Of a stretch of 64,000 bases of DNA, positions 31,128 through 41,073 are shown one piece after another. The position numbers were made by a program, and so were the translations under genes. Under the pieces are notes generated by a model. That model was given only the letters and a program-made list of their open reading frames with translations, had not been told where the DNA came from and did not search any database. The stretch comes from an uncultured Trueperaceae bacterium (lineage in GTDB: Bacteria > Deinococcota > Deinococci > Deinococcales > Trueperaceae). The stretch spans positions 256,001-320,000 of the forward strand of contig CAVSGP010000004.1 in the NCBI GenBank assembly GCA_963727505.1, in the 5' to 3' direction. How positions within the stretch are numbered: the first letter of the stretch is position 1; every line of letters starts with the position of its first letter.

Positions 31128-34100
31128 CTACTTCGTCTTCTTGCCCGTCTTCCTCTTCGTCGCTCGCTTCGTCGAATCCTTCGGTCCGCGCTTCGCAGTC
31201 CGCTTCGAGGCGGGTTGCGGCGTTGCGGAACCGTCGCCCCCCGCGGCCGCCGCACGCTCCGCCAGACCCTCGCGCAGCCGGTCGAAGCGGTAGCCGCTGG
31301 CACGCTCGACGCGCTCGAGCTCGCGCCGAAGCGTCCCGAGCACCGTCTTGGCGGCGCCGGAGGCGGCCGCGAGCCCCCGCGCACCGGCACACAGCAGCCG
31401 GAAGCGCTCCTGCCGGAACCAGCGCTCACCCCCGTGCTCGTGCACGTCGAGGAACTCCTGCGCCGCCGCGTCGCCTGTGATGGCGTCGAGCAGCGACGCC
31501 ACCTCGATCTCGGCCCCGTGGGGCGCCAGCCGCGTGAGCAGCGCAGGCAGTCGGGCGGCCGCCCAGGGATCGGCCACACCGGACGACGCCAGCGCACCCT
31601 CCAGGGCGCCCTGCAACCGCAGCGAGGCGTAGAGTTGCTCGCCTCCCTCCAGCGCGCCCAACGCCAGCGCTGCCCGCAGCGCAGCGGCGACGCCGAGGCC
31701 GCTCGCCTCCGCCGCCTCTACGCCGGCGCGATCCAGCGCCGTCGCTGCGGCGTCGTCGATCACGACCGCCACGTCCTTGGCCGCGCTGCCGGAAGCGCCT
31801 GTTTCCGAAGCACCGCCTTCCGAAGCATCGACCTCGGAAGCACCGATCTCGGAAGCACCTGTGCCGCCGGTGCGCGGGGACGCGCTCTCCTCCACCGGGC
31901 GGGCCGCCTGTCGTTGGCCGCCGGCGCCGCGCTTCCGAGGCGTGCCCCGCAGGGCCGTCGTCAGCGCCTCGACCGCGGCGAGATCGCCCGCGGTGTCCTC
32001 GGTTACCGCTCCGCTCGCATCGGAAGCGGCGGATTCGGCAGCGGCGGATTCGGCAGCGGTGGGCTTGGCACCGGCGAGCTTGTCACCGGCCCGCCCTTCG
32101 GCGGTGTGGGCCGCGCCAGCGTCCGTCGCCGGCCCCGGCTTCGACACGGCCGCAGCGGTCGAGCCCGGCGCGGCGCGGCGGCGGCGCGAGGCCGGCTCCG
32201 GGCCCCCGCCTCGTGCCGGCACGACCTCGGCGTGCTCGCGCGCGGCACGAACGAAGGCGAGGGCGGAGCCGGCCACGTCCCCGCCGTCGCGGGCCGCGTC
32301 CAGCAGGGCCAGGAAGGTCCGGCGGGGCCGGCGCAGCGTCCAATCGAGGCGGGCCTGCCTCCAGCTCGGGGATGCCGGCACCGGCGAGCTGGTCGTGAAG
32401 CCCGGCGTAGCTGCCGTCGACGTCGTGCACCTCGCGGACCTCGGTGAAGGCGCGCGCCTGGAAGCCGTCGAGGTCGAAGCGCAATCCCTGCCGGACCAGA
32501 TCGTCGGAGCGATGGAGGTAGTCGAGGCCGGTGAGCCGCTCGCGGAGGATGGTGAAGCGGCGCTCGCCACCCGCGACGCCGAGGGCCTCGTGGAGTGGCT
32601 CGGTGCGCGTCCCACCGTCCGACCAGGGCTCGGCGAAGAAGACGCTGCGGTGGATGGTGACCTCGGCGCGGGCGTAGCGGTTGTTGAACAGCACCAGCGA
32701 GGCTCCGCCATCGGCCCGGTTGCTGTAGGCATAGACGTCCTCGCGTACCGTGCCGTCGTCCCCGTAAGCGTCGAACAGCCGGAAGGTCTCGGCCGGAGCG
32801 AACTGCGCGCGGCGATGCAACAGCGGTGCGATCTCGCGCCGGTGGCGCGCGACCATGCGTGCGTCGGGCTCCTCCTCGAACGTGGGCGCCCGGTACTCCA
32901 TGCCGTACTTCTCGCGAAATCCCTCGACCTGTCCGTGACCGAACATCGGCAGGCCGGGCAGGGTGGCCATCATCACCGCCGCACCGAAGTACTTGTCACC
33001 GTCGCCGAACTGCGCGATGGCGGTCTCCTCGTCGGGGTTGTTCATGAAGTTGACGAAGCGCCCGAGGATGCGCGGGTCGAACGCCAGCACGTTCTTCATC
33101 AGCAGACGGTAGTCGGCGTTCTCCTCCCGCTTCAACATGTTCATGAAGGCGCTGTTGTAGACCCGGTGCATGCCGAGGGTCCGAACGAAGTACCCCTCCA
33201 TCATCCAGAAGGCCTCGGCAAGGAGCAGCGTGCCGGGAGCCTCCTGCGCGACCCGGTCCACCACCTCCCGCCAGAACTCGGTCGGGAGGGCGCGCTCGAA
33301 CTCCTCGGCGCTCATGCCTCCGTAGGCGCTGCGCGACGGGATGGCGCCGCCGTGGCCGGGAGGCGGGTACCAGAGCCGCTGGACGTGGCGCTTGGCCAAC
33401 GTCATGGCGGCATCGAAGCGGATGATCGGCACCGTCCGCGCGACATGCAGGATGGCCTGGATGACCGCCTCGCGGACCTCCGACTTCAGGTAGTCGAGCT
33501 GCGCGGTGTCGTTCCATGGCATGGTCGTGCCGTCGTTGCCGTGGTAGAGGTAGCGCGCCTCGCCGCTCGAGCGCTCGACACGCTTGAACACCACGGCCGC
33601 GTCGCTGTCGTCCCAGTAGTGGTCCTCGATCATCACGGCCATCGACGGGTGCGACGAGAGGTCGGGGCCGTCGAAACGGTAGCCCGGGTAGGGCGGGTGG
33701 TCGAGCTGGATGAACCAGTCGGGGTGCTCCGCCACCCACCGGCCGTCGATGCCCACATGGTTGGGCACCATGTCGCCGGCCAGGCGGATGCCGCGGCGGG
33801 CGGCCCGCCGCTCGAGCTCGCGCAGTCCGGCCTCGCCGCCGAGGTCGTCGGCCACCACGTAGTCGTACAGGGCGTAGGCGCTGGCAAGCGCGTCGGCCTG
33901 ACCGCGACGTTGCTTGATGCGCCGTGACGCCTCGCTGCGCTCCCACAGGCCGATCAGCCACAGGCCGTTGAACCCGCGCTCCGCCAGCTCGTCGAGGGCC
34001 TCATCGGGAATCTGGTCCAGACGGCGGACCTCCCTGCCGAAGCGACGCTCCAACTGCGCCAGCCACACGTAGGTGCTCTTGGCGACCAACACCACGCGGG

Positions 34101-35019
34101 GCATCCAGTCGCTGTCGGGGCTGAACGCCTCGATCTCGCCGGGGCGGGCCAGGGCCTCGGCGTCGAGCACCGGAGCCGGCCCGGGCCCAACCGGGCCACG
34201 GCTGCGCTCCTCCCGGAGGGCGTCGGTCGAACGCAACAGCCGCGCCAACAGCCCGGCATAGCGCTCTCCCAACACGGCCCCCCACAGCTCCTCGGCCACG
34301 CGCAGCTGCCCCTCGAGCGAGGTGGGGCTCCGGCGCTGCGGCGCCCACAGCAAGTCGATCAGCGACATGCCCCCCGCCCACGTCGTGCCTTGCTCGCGCA
34401 GGCCTTCCTCCAACAACGGGAGCGCCCGCTCGTAGGCGCTCGAGCGGCGCAAGGGAGCATCATCGAAGAGCTCCTGCAGGCGCTCCAGCGCCGGATTGGC
34501 GTTGGCCAGCCAGAGCAACAGCGCCTCCTCCAGCACGACCAGCCGGTTGGACGTTCCTTCGGTCGTTCCCGCCAGGTAGCGCTGCGCATCCTCCCAGCCA
34601 TCGGCAACGGCAGGGGCCGGGAAGCGCTCGACGAACGCGCGCTGCATGCCACCCAGAGCGCCGTCGCCGATCGCGCCCTCCAAGCGACCCAGCGCGTCCT
34701 CGACCACGTTCCGGCCCGATCGCTCGGAGGCGGTCTGCAGCACAGCGTGCATCAGCTCGTGCAGCAGCGCCGCGCCGTACAGCTCGCTGCCAGCGATCGA
34801 CAACTCGGGGTAGCGCCCGGCCTCGCGCACGTCGTTCATCCGGGCCGCCAGGCGGTAGGCGGTGGCGAGATCACCGAACATCACACGGCCACGCAGGCCG
34901 AACAACTCACCCTCGATGCGATAGCGGCGCCGTGCATCGAGCGCCACATGAAGATGGCGCGCGCGGTGCGGCTGCAAGGCGGCACACTCGGGGCGGCGGT
35001 TGTCGTTGCATGTGCTCAC
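31128..35019 (-). pseudogene. Large GH13 alpha-amylase family gene with one apparent frameshift near 32358 (about 1296 aa if repaired)
   Basis: DMVPNH, IIRFDAAM, LLAEAFW, FMNNPDE in the frame of ORF 32083..35250; protein-like sequence continues in the frame of ORF 31128..32732 from QARLDW onward; span 3892 nt = 3n+1. Confidence 0.75.
31791..31860. repeat. Degenerate 15-bp tandem repeat (GASE-x units) in the GH13 C-terminal region
   Basis: GAAGC recurs every 15 bp, encoding GASEI/GASEV/DASEG/GASET; a second AESAA repeat lies at about 32021-32060. Confidence 0.7.
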
Positions 35020-35277
35020 GGTCTCGCCCTCCCGGGGGCCTCGAACACCAGGCACGCCGCTCCGGCCCCAGGACGCGGCACTGCCACGCGAGGCCACTCC
35101 GACCCCGCGCACTTCCTCGTAGTCCCCCGGAGCGTAGCACGCGCCCCGCGCGCTGCACGTCCCCCGAGGGACGTGAGTAGCGTCACCGACGTCTTTGCTG
35201 TGAGCGTTCCATTGCCGGGAGGCCGGCTGCGCGGGTACAATCCCATTCATCGGAAGCCCGCAACGGGAGAGGAGCGG

Positions 35278-36141
35278 ATCGCCACGTCACGCCAGCAGGG
35301 AGCCAACCGCACCGTTCGGCGTGCGAGCGCGGCGAGACCGCTCGTCGCCGCCTTGCTCGCCTCCCTCCTCCTGAGCGGCTGCACCGGCGATCTCAACACG
35401 CCCGGCGAGGCGCTCCGGATCCTCGGCACCGGGATCCCCCCCGCATACCTCGGGCAAGCCTACGACCAGCCCATCCAGGCCGTGGGCGGCCTGCGCCCCT
35501 TCGAGTTCGCGCTCGCCGACGGAGCGTTGCCGCCCGGCATCCAGTTGCAGGGTGGCACGCTCCGCGGCGTGCCTAGTAAGACCGGTCAGTATACGTTCAC
35601 CTTGCAGGTCACCGACGCGAACCTTTCCAAGACCGTCCAGAAGTACACGCTCTCGGTGGCCGAACTCCCTCCTCCCAGTCTGACCCTCAACGTTCCCAAC
35701 ACCGAGATCGACCACCGCATCACGCTGCGGGGGTACCTGCACAACGGCCGGGGCTTCCAGGGGCTCCGTACGCAGATCCGGTGGGACCCGCAACGCTTCG
35801 AACTCGTGCAGGGCAGCGTGCGCGCCAGTCGTCAGGGTCTGGCGCTGCTCCACCAGGCGGCCAGCGGGCAGCTCCAGGTGGCACTGGCTCCGCTCGGCAA
35901 CAATCTCGACGGCGACGTCGGCCTCTTCCAGTTCGACCTGCAACCCACGGCAGGCGCGAGCTACCTGAAGCTCGACGCGCAGACGGAGTTCATGTCCGTA
36001 AGGGGCCACGACTTCGCCCAGACGAGCGAGGGACGCCAGCCGCCGCCCACCGGTTCCGGGACGACGGGCACCGGAACGACGGATGGCATCCCGACGGACA
36101 CGAAGCCCTCCTCCCCTGGCAACGGCGGTGGCACGCAGTGA
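35278..36141 (+). CDS. Lipoprotein with Ig-like (He_PIG-type) domain and cohesin-like domain; start codon uncertain
   Basis: Lipobox LSGC (Cys 35380); GALPPGIQL..GTLRGVP..GQYTFTLQVTDA; GLRTQIRWDPQRFELV...GQLQVA...LFQFDL; Thr/Gly-rich tail. Confidence 0.72.
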   Translation: MATSRQQGANRTVRRASAARPLVAALLASLLLSGCTGDLNTPGEALRILGTGIPPAYLGQAYDQPIQAVGGLRPFEFALADGALPPGIQLQGGTLRGVPSKTGQYTFTLQVTDANLSKTVQKYTLSVAELPPPSLTLNVPNTEIDHRITLRGYLHNGRGFQGLRTQIRWDPQRFELVQGSVRASRQGLALLHQAASGQLQVALAPLGNNLDGDVGLFQFDLQPTAGASYLKLDAQTEFMSVRGHDFAQTSEGRQPPPTGSGTTGTGTTDGIPTDTKPSSPGNGGGTQ

Positions 36142-36734
36142 ACGCGCGCTCCCAGGCCCCAGGACGCCACGGCCTGCCAGCATTCGCGCGCCGCCTGGCG
36201 AGCGCGCTGCTCGCCGCGGCGCTGTTCGGCGTGCCGGCCAGCGCGACCACCTATCTGCACATGACGCCGCAGGCGATGCTCGCCAAGGCGAGCCTGGTGT
36301 TCGTCGGTACGGTCGCCGAGGTTCGCGTCACCAACGACGTCGGCACGCCCTGGACGCACGTGCGCTTCAACGTCGACACTGCCCTCGCCGGCGTGCCGGT
36401 CGGCGCCGACGGCAAGGCACGACAGCCCGTCGAGCTCGCCTTCCTCGGAGGCACCGTTCCCGGAGGCCCGGCACTCACCGTGAGCGGCATGCCGCAGTTC
36501 GAGTCCGGAGAGAAGGTGCTGGTGTTCGCCTACGACCAGACCTACGCCTCCCCCATCGTGGGCTTCCGTCAGGGCCTGTGGCGCATCACGCCCGCGGGTC
36601 TGCGCGACGAGGACGGCCAATTCCTGTCGGTGTCAGACACCGGAAAGCTGGTCGCGGGCGGATCGGGCGCCCCGCTCGACAGCATCGTCCAGGCCATCCG
36701 CGACGGACTCGCGAGTTCGGGCGGAACGCCGTGA
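36138..36734 (+). CDS. Secreted beta-rich hypothetical protein resembling matrixin-associated N-terminal domains
   Basis: Signal peptide ending ASA; ASLVFVGTV..FNVD..FLGG..GMPQFESGEKVLVF; GTGA overlaps with both neighbours. Confidence 0.75.
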   Translation: MNARSQAPGRHGLPAFARRLASALLAAALFGVPASATTYLHMTPQAMLAKASLVFVGTVAEVRVTNDVGTPWTHVRFNVDTALAGVPVGADGKARQPVELAFLGGTVPGGPALTVSGMPQFESGEKVLVFAYDQTYASPIVGFRQGLWRITPAGLRDEDGQFLSVSDTGKLVAGGSGAPLDSIVQAIRDGLASSGGTP

Positions 36735-37651
36735 GGGGCGCTCACCGTCGACGCCGGACCGCCCTGGCGGCGCTCCTGTTCCTGCTGGTCGCCGCCCCCG
36801 CTACGGCCCAGGACGGCTCGTCGCTGCCGCTGCCCATCGCTCCGCCCACGACGCCTCCGCCTGCCGCGACGCAGGCCCCCACAGCGACCACCGACGCCGC
36901 CTCCGCGCCCACCAGGACGGTCACCGTCGACGCCGGTGGCGGTCCCGCCAGCCTGCAAGACGACCTGAAGGCGGCGATCGCCGCCTGGACGAAGGCCGCA
37001 CCCGACCTCGCGAGGCTCACCATCGACCCCGCGGCGGCCTCCAGCGTCGGCTACGCCGCGCCCGCCCGACTCGGTCCCGAAACGCTGTCGCTCGACCTCC
37101 GCGTTCCCGGCCGCGACGGCGTCGAGGTCCACATCGCCTCCGGCGCGCCCGCCGAGCACCCCATGGTCCTGCTCCACGAGGTCGGCGTCCTGCTGGGCCT
37201 CCCCGAGGGCGGCAGCGGGGTCATGGCGTTCGCGGTCCCCGCCAGTGACGAGCCGACCGCGCCGACCGCGGGTGACGTGCAGACGCTGCGGGCCCAGCGC
37301 AGCTACGCCCGCGAGGACCTCAACCACGACGGCACGATCGACTTCTACGATCTGGTGCTGTTCGGCCAGGCATACGGGGCGCAAGGCGTGAACCTTCCGG
37401 CGGACTTCAACGGCGACGGACGCGTCGACCGGCAGGACCTGTCGATGCTGGAGAAGGCCTATACCTTCGCGCCCCCGTCGAAGACGGGCCCAGGCGAGAA
37501 CGCACCCGCCCCGGCTCCCTCACCGACCACGCCTTCGGCGCCCCCTGCCAGCAGCGAGACGCCTGCGCCGCCCGCGGCGCCCGGCTCCTCCGACACGCCG
37601 AATGGCGGCGCCACCGGCGGCAAGGGGTCGACCCCAGCGGGCGCCCCCTGA
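36731..37651 (+). CDS. Secreted protein with degenerate metzincin-like domain and type I dockerin-like duplicated Ca-binding repeat
   Basis: Signal peptide; AAIAAW; HEVGVLLGLPE plus Met-turn-like GVM; DLNHDGTIDFYDL and DFNGDGRVDRQDL; Pro/Thr linkers. Confidence 0.78.
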   Translation: MRGAHRRRRTALAALLFLLVAAPATAQDGSSLPLPIAPPTTPPPAATQAPTATTDAASAPTRTVTVDAGGGPASLQDDLKAAIAAWTKAAPDLARLTIDPAAASSVGYAAPARLGPETLSLDLRVPGRDGVEVHIASGAPAEHPMVLLHEVGVLLGLPEGGSGVMAFAVPASDEPTAPTAGDVQTLRAQRSYAREDLNHDGTIDFYDLVLFGQAYGAQGVNLPADFNGDGRVDRQDLSMLEKAYTFAPPSKTGPGENAPAPAPSPTTPSAPPASSETPAPPAAPGSSDTPNGGATGGKGSTPAGAP

Positions 37652-37933
37652 TCAACCCAGCTTCTGGATCGACCCTGCCATCTCCAGGTCGGCGTCTGTC
37701 ACGCCTCCGGCGTCGTGGCTCACCAGCTCGATGACAACGCGGCTGTAGCTGTTCTGGATGTCGGGATGATGGTTGCTCTTCTCGGCCAGCAACGCCACCC
37801 GGCTGAGGAAGCCGAAGGCGGCCGAGAAATCGTCGAAGCGGTACTCCCGTCGGAGCTTGCCCTCCCGGAGGCTCCAGCCTTGAAGGCCGGAGAGACGGTC
37901 GCGGATGGTGGCGTCGTCGAGGATCTGCGCCAT
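37652..37933 (-). CDS. phhB: Pterin-4-alpha-carbinolamine dehydratase
   Basis: AEKSNHHPDI, SHDAGGVTDAD. Confidence 0.93.
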   Translation of the reverse strand: MAQILDDATIRDRLSGLQGWSLREGKLRREYRFDDFSAAFGFLSRVALLAEKSNHHPDIQNSYSRVVIELVSHDAGGVTDADLEMAGSIQKLG

Positions 37934-37987
37934 GGTGCTGCTCCCTTCTCGGGCCGTTACGTGGTGTGTCGTCGGCGGGCGAGCGCC

Positions 37988-39901
37988 TCAGAGCGCCTGG
38001 CCTGCGCCGGTCTTCAACTCCGGTACGTAGAGCACGGCCAGCTCCTGCTCGCCACGAACCAGGGTCACCGTACCGTTACCGACCGGGGCGATCAGGTAGT
38101 CCGTGAACGAGCCCAGCACCTGACCGGGCAACATGGCGACCAGGCTCTCCTGCGTGTCCCGGCTCCGCCCGCGGTACTGACGGACGGTGATCTTCTGCCC
38201 GCCCAGATCGATCGTGAGCGGCTCACCGGTGAGCTGGTAGACGTTGGCGTCGGCGCCGGGAACGCGTTCGATGACATCGGAGAGATCGCTGGCCTCGACC
38301 GTCATGGCATCGACGAAGCGCTGGACCAGACCGAGCACGGCGTTGTCGTCGAGTGTCACGCCGGCCGCGCGGGCGGCCCCTCGCAGCAGACCCTCCACGG
38401 CCTGGCGCCGGTTGGGAGCGCGGGCGCTGACGTTGTTGGCCCGAGCGACGGCGCGCGCGACGAGGTCCTGCGGGTCGCCCTGCACCGAGCTCGCCAGCAC
38501 CTTGAGCACTGTCAGCAGGTCATCGCGCCGGCGATCGGCCAGCACGAACAGCACGACCAGCGCTTCGGCCAGCCTCACCGCCAGCGAGCGTCCCTCGTCG
38601 CGATAGCGGAAGTGGACGTAATCGCCCTCGCTGAACACGCTCAACTTGCTGCGGCCGAGGTCGAGCACCAGCCGGCCCTCGAGCGCCACCTCCTGGTCCC
38701 CGACGAACAGCGAGCGGGACGGTCCCGTTCCCATGATCGCGATCTCGTGGTCCGCCAGCGTGAAGCGCACCGGACCGACCAGCCGAACCGTCAGGGCCGC
38801 AGCGCCCGGGGGCACGGCGTCCCACCGGAGAGCGGGGTTCACGGCGAACAGCACGCCGCCTTCGAGCTGCGGGCCGCTCGCCCTGCCGCCCACCGAAGTC
38901 GGCAGGTAGTCGGCCAGCCGCTCGAAGAAGGCGTGGACCAGATCGCTGAACTGCAGCACGTCGCGCTGGAACAGCTGCCTCTGGTTGCGCTCGAAGGCGA
39001 GCGTCTCGGCCAGGCGCTTCTCCAGCTCCTTACGGTGCGCGCCGCGTTGCCCGTCGGGAAGACGCTCCTTGGCGATCTCCTGGATCGCCAGCCGGAGTTG
39101 CTTGCTGCTCGGCCCCCGGTGTTCGATCAGCGACAACGCACCGGCGTAGGGGTCTTGCGCGACCGCCCCGGCAACCTGACGCACGAACGCCAGCGCGTCC
39201 GCCTCGCGCACCTCCAGATCGGCGAAGGAGCCTCCCCGCTTGCCGAGCGTCATGACGGTGTTGACCAGCTCGCGGACGAGCTCGGCAAGGGCGTCCAGGT
39301 CCGACAGCGACACCAGCGGATCGTTGAACTCCGGGATCGGCTCGTACACCTGGAAGCCGCGCAGGTTCACGTCCTGCGCGAAGGTCTTCTTCGCGCTGTT
39401 GCGCTGCAGGTTCTGCAACGTCGCGTACACCAGCCGGGCCGTCTGACGCTCCCGTTCGGCACGCCAACCGGCTGCCACCTTGAGCACGAACTCGTCGAGC
39501 TGCTCCCACCAAACACGCTGCGCCAGACGTTGGAGGACCGCCTGCTCCTCGCGCTCCTCCGGTCGGTCGGCCGGCGTGGCGATCGGCGCCACGTCGTGGT
39601 CGTCGAGCTCGACGTCGGACTCGTCGCCAAGCACCAGCGCATCGATGTCGGGGGCACGCTGAGCCGAGCCTTGCGCCCCGTCGGAGATGAGTTTGAGGCT
39701 CTGCGACACGGCCTCGAGCCGCGCCCGCTCCTCCTGGCTGAGCGATGTCATCTGGCGGCTGAGGTGCCCGTAGAGCTCCCACATGCCGTTGACGCCGCCT
39801 TGTACCTGCCGGGTGGCGCGATACTCCGACACCTTGTACTCCAGCAGCTCGAGTGCGACGCTCTCCAACTTCAACATACGGTTTCCAGTATACGGTTGCA
39901 T
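37988..39901 (-). CDS. Hypothetical protein (about 630 aa)
   Basis: Long ORF with normal globular composition and strand continuity with lysK and phhB; no family recognised. Confidence 0.8.
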   Translation of the reverse strand: MQPYTGNRMLKLESVALELLEYKVSEYRATRQVQGGVNGMWELYGHLSRQMTSLSQEERARLEAVSQSLKLISDGAQGSAQRAPDIDALVLGDESDVELDDHDVAPIATPADRPEEREEQAVLQRLAQRVWWEQLDEFVLKVAAGWRAERERQTARLVYATLQNLQRNSAKKTFAQDVNLRGFQVYEPIPEFNDPLVSLSDLDALAELVRELVNTVMTLGKRGGSFADLEVREADALAFVRQVAGAVAQDPYAGALSLIEHRGPSSKQLRLAIQEIAKERLPDGQRGAHRKELEKRLAETLAFERNQRQLFQRDVLQFSDLVHAFFERLADYLPTSVGGRASGPQLEGGVLFAVNPALRWDAVPPGAAALTVRLVGPVRFTLADHEIAIMGTGPSRSLFVGDQEVALEGRLVLDLGRSKLSVFSEGDYVHFRYRDEGRSLAVRLAEALVVLFVLADRRRDDLLTVLKVLASSVQGDPQDLVARAVARANNVSARAPNRRQAVEGLLRGAARAAGVTLDDNAVLGLVQRFVDAMTVEASDLSDVIERVPGADANVYQLTGEPLTIDLGGQKITVRQYRGRSRDTQESLVAMLPGQVLGSFTDYLIAPVGNGTVTLVRGEQELAVLYVPELKTGAGQAL

Positions 39902-39972
39902 GGTGAGCTCGTGCTGGCGGAAACCTCACGCGACCCAACCGTCCTGGACGCGGGAACCGGCTCTCGTACGGG

Positions 39973-41073
39973 TTACGCGGGTACGCCCGCTGGCGCGTGC
40001 GCCTCACCGGCGAGATGGGTGAACACCGCGCGCAGCACCCCCACCGCACGCGCGTACTCGGTCAGGTCGATGCGTTCCTCGGGCGTGTGATCGAGCGACG
40101 CGTCGCCGGGACCGTACGCCACCATCGGAACCGCCCAGTGGGGGGCGACGACGTTCATGTCCGAGGTCCCCGTCTTCACCTTGGCCCGCGGACGGGCTCC
40201 TGCCCCGCGGATGGCGACCCGGAAGGCGCGAGCCAGCGACGAGTCCTTCGGGCCACGATAGGCCTGCTCGGGCCCGCTGATGGAGAGCCGCACGCCGTGG
40301 GGCAGGGCCAACGCCTGCAGGCTCTCGCTGAGCGCCCGCGGCGGCCAGCGTGGCGGCAGGCGGAAACCCAGCACCGCCTCGCAGCGCTGGGTGAGTCCAT
40401 CGTTGTCCGAGCGCAGCGATTGCAGCGAGACCTGCAGCGCGTCGAACCTCCCCTCCACACCGTGGTTGTCCTCTTGCACGAAAGCCCGAACGGTCGCGAA
40501 GCCGGTCACCGCCAGCTCGGCGGCGGTCGGCTCGTCACGGGAGGAATGGCTGTTGGGTCGTTCGGCACGCAGGCGCACCAATAACCTGCCCTTGTACCCC
40601 AGGGTGTAGGCGTCCCAGCCGCTGGGCTCGCCGATGATCACCAGGTTCGGGGTCTCGTAGGCTTCCACGGCGTAGCGTGCCCCCTTGCTGCTGGGTGCCT
40701 CCTCCTCGACCGCGCCGATCAGGCGCAGCCGGAGCGCGCCCTTGAGCGACGACGGCAGCCCAGCGACCGCCGCCATCGCGGCGCAGAAGCTCCCCTTGGC
40801 GTCCACCGCGCCCCGGCCGTGCAGGACGCCGTCTTCCCGACGCACCCGGATCTCGCCCGGAACCGTATCGATGTGGCCCAGCACGGTCACGGCCAGGTCG
40901 CCGTGCCCCCACACGCCGACCGCGTTGCCGGCCTCGTCGACGAACGCTTCGTCGGCGAATCCCGCCATGGCCTCCACCAGCAACGCGGCGACGGCGGCCT
41001 CCTGCCCTGAAGGGCTGGGTGTGGCCACCGCGCGCTCCAACAGATCGGCCGGGTCGAGCAACCCTTCGCTCAC
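39973..41073 (-). CDS. lysK: [LysW]-lysine hydrolase (M20 family)
   Basis: SPSGQE, LGHIDTVPG, GRGAVDAKG, VEEE, GEPSG, GTSDMN, DHTPEE; lys operon context. Confidence 0.92.
   Translation of the reverse strand: MSEGLLDPADLLERAVATPSPSGQEAAVAALLVEAMAGFADEAFVDEAGNAVGVWGHGDLAVTVLGHIDTVPGEIRVRREDGVLHGRGAVDAKGSFCAAMAAVAGLPSSLKGALRLRLIGAVEEEAPSSKGARYAVEAYETPNLVIIGEPSGWDAYTLGYKGRLLVRLRAERPNSHSSRDEPTAAELAVTGFATVRAFVQEDNHGVEGRFDALQVSLQSLRSDNDGLTQRCEAVLGFRLPPRWPPRALSESLQALALPHGVRLSISGPEQAYRGPKDSSLARAFRVAIRGAGARPRAKVKTGTSDMNVVAPHWAVPMVAYGPGDASLDHTPEERIDLTEYARAVGVLRAVFTHLAGEAHAPAGVPA

Noticed and set aside
31128..37651. Amylosome-like link between the GH13 gene and the divergent cohesin/dockerin operon
   Set aside because: The GH13 protein has no signal peptide or dockerin, so adjacency is the only support
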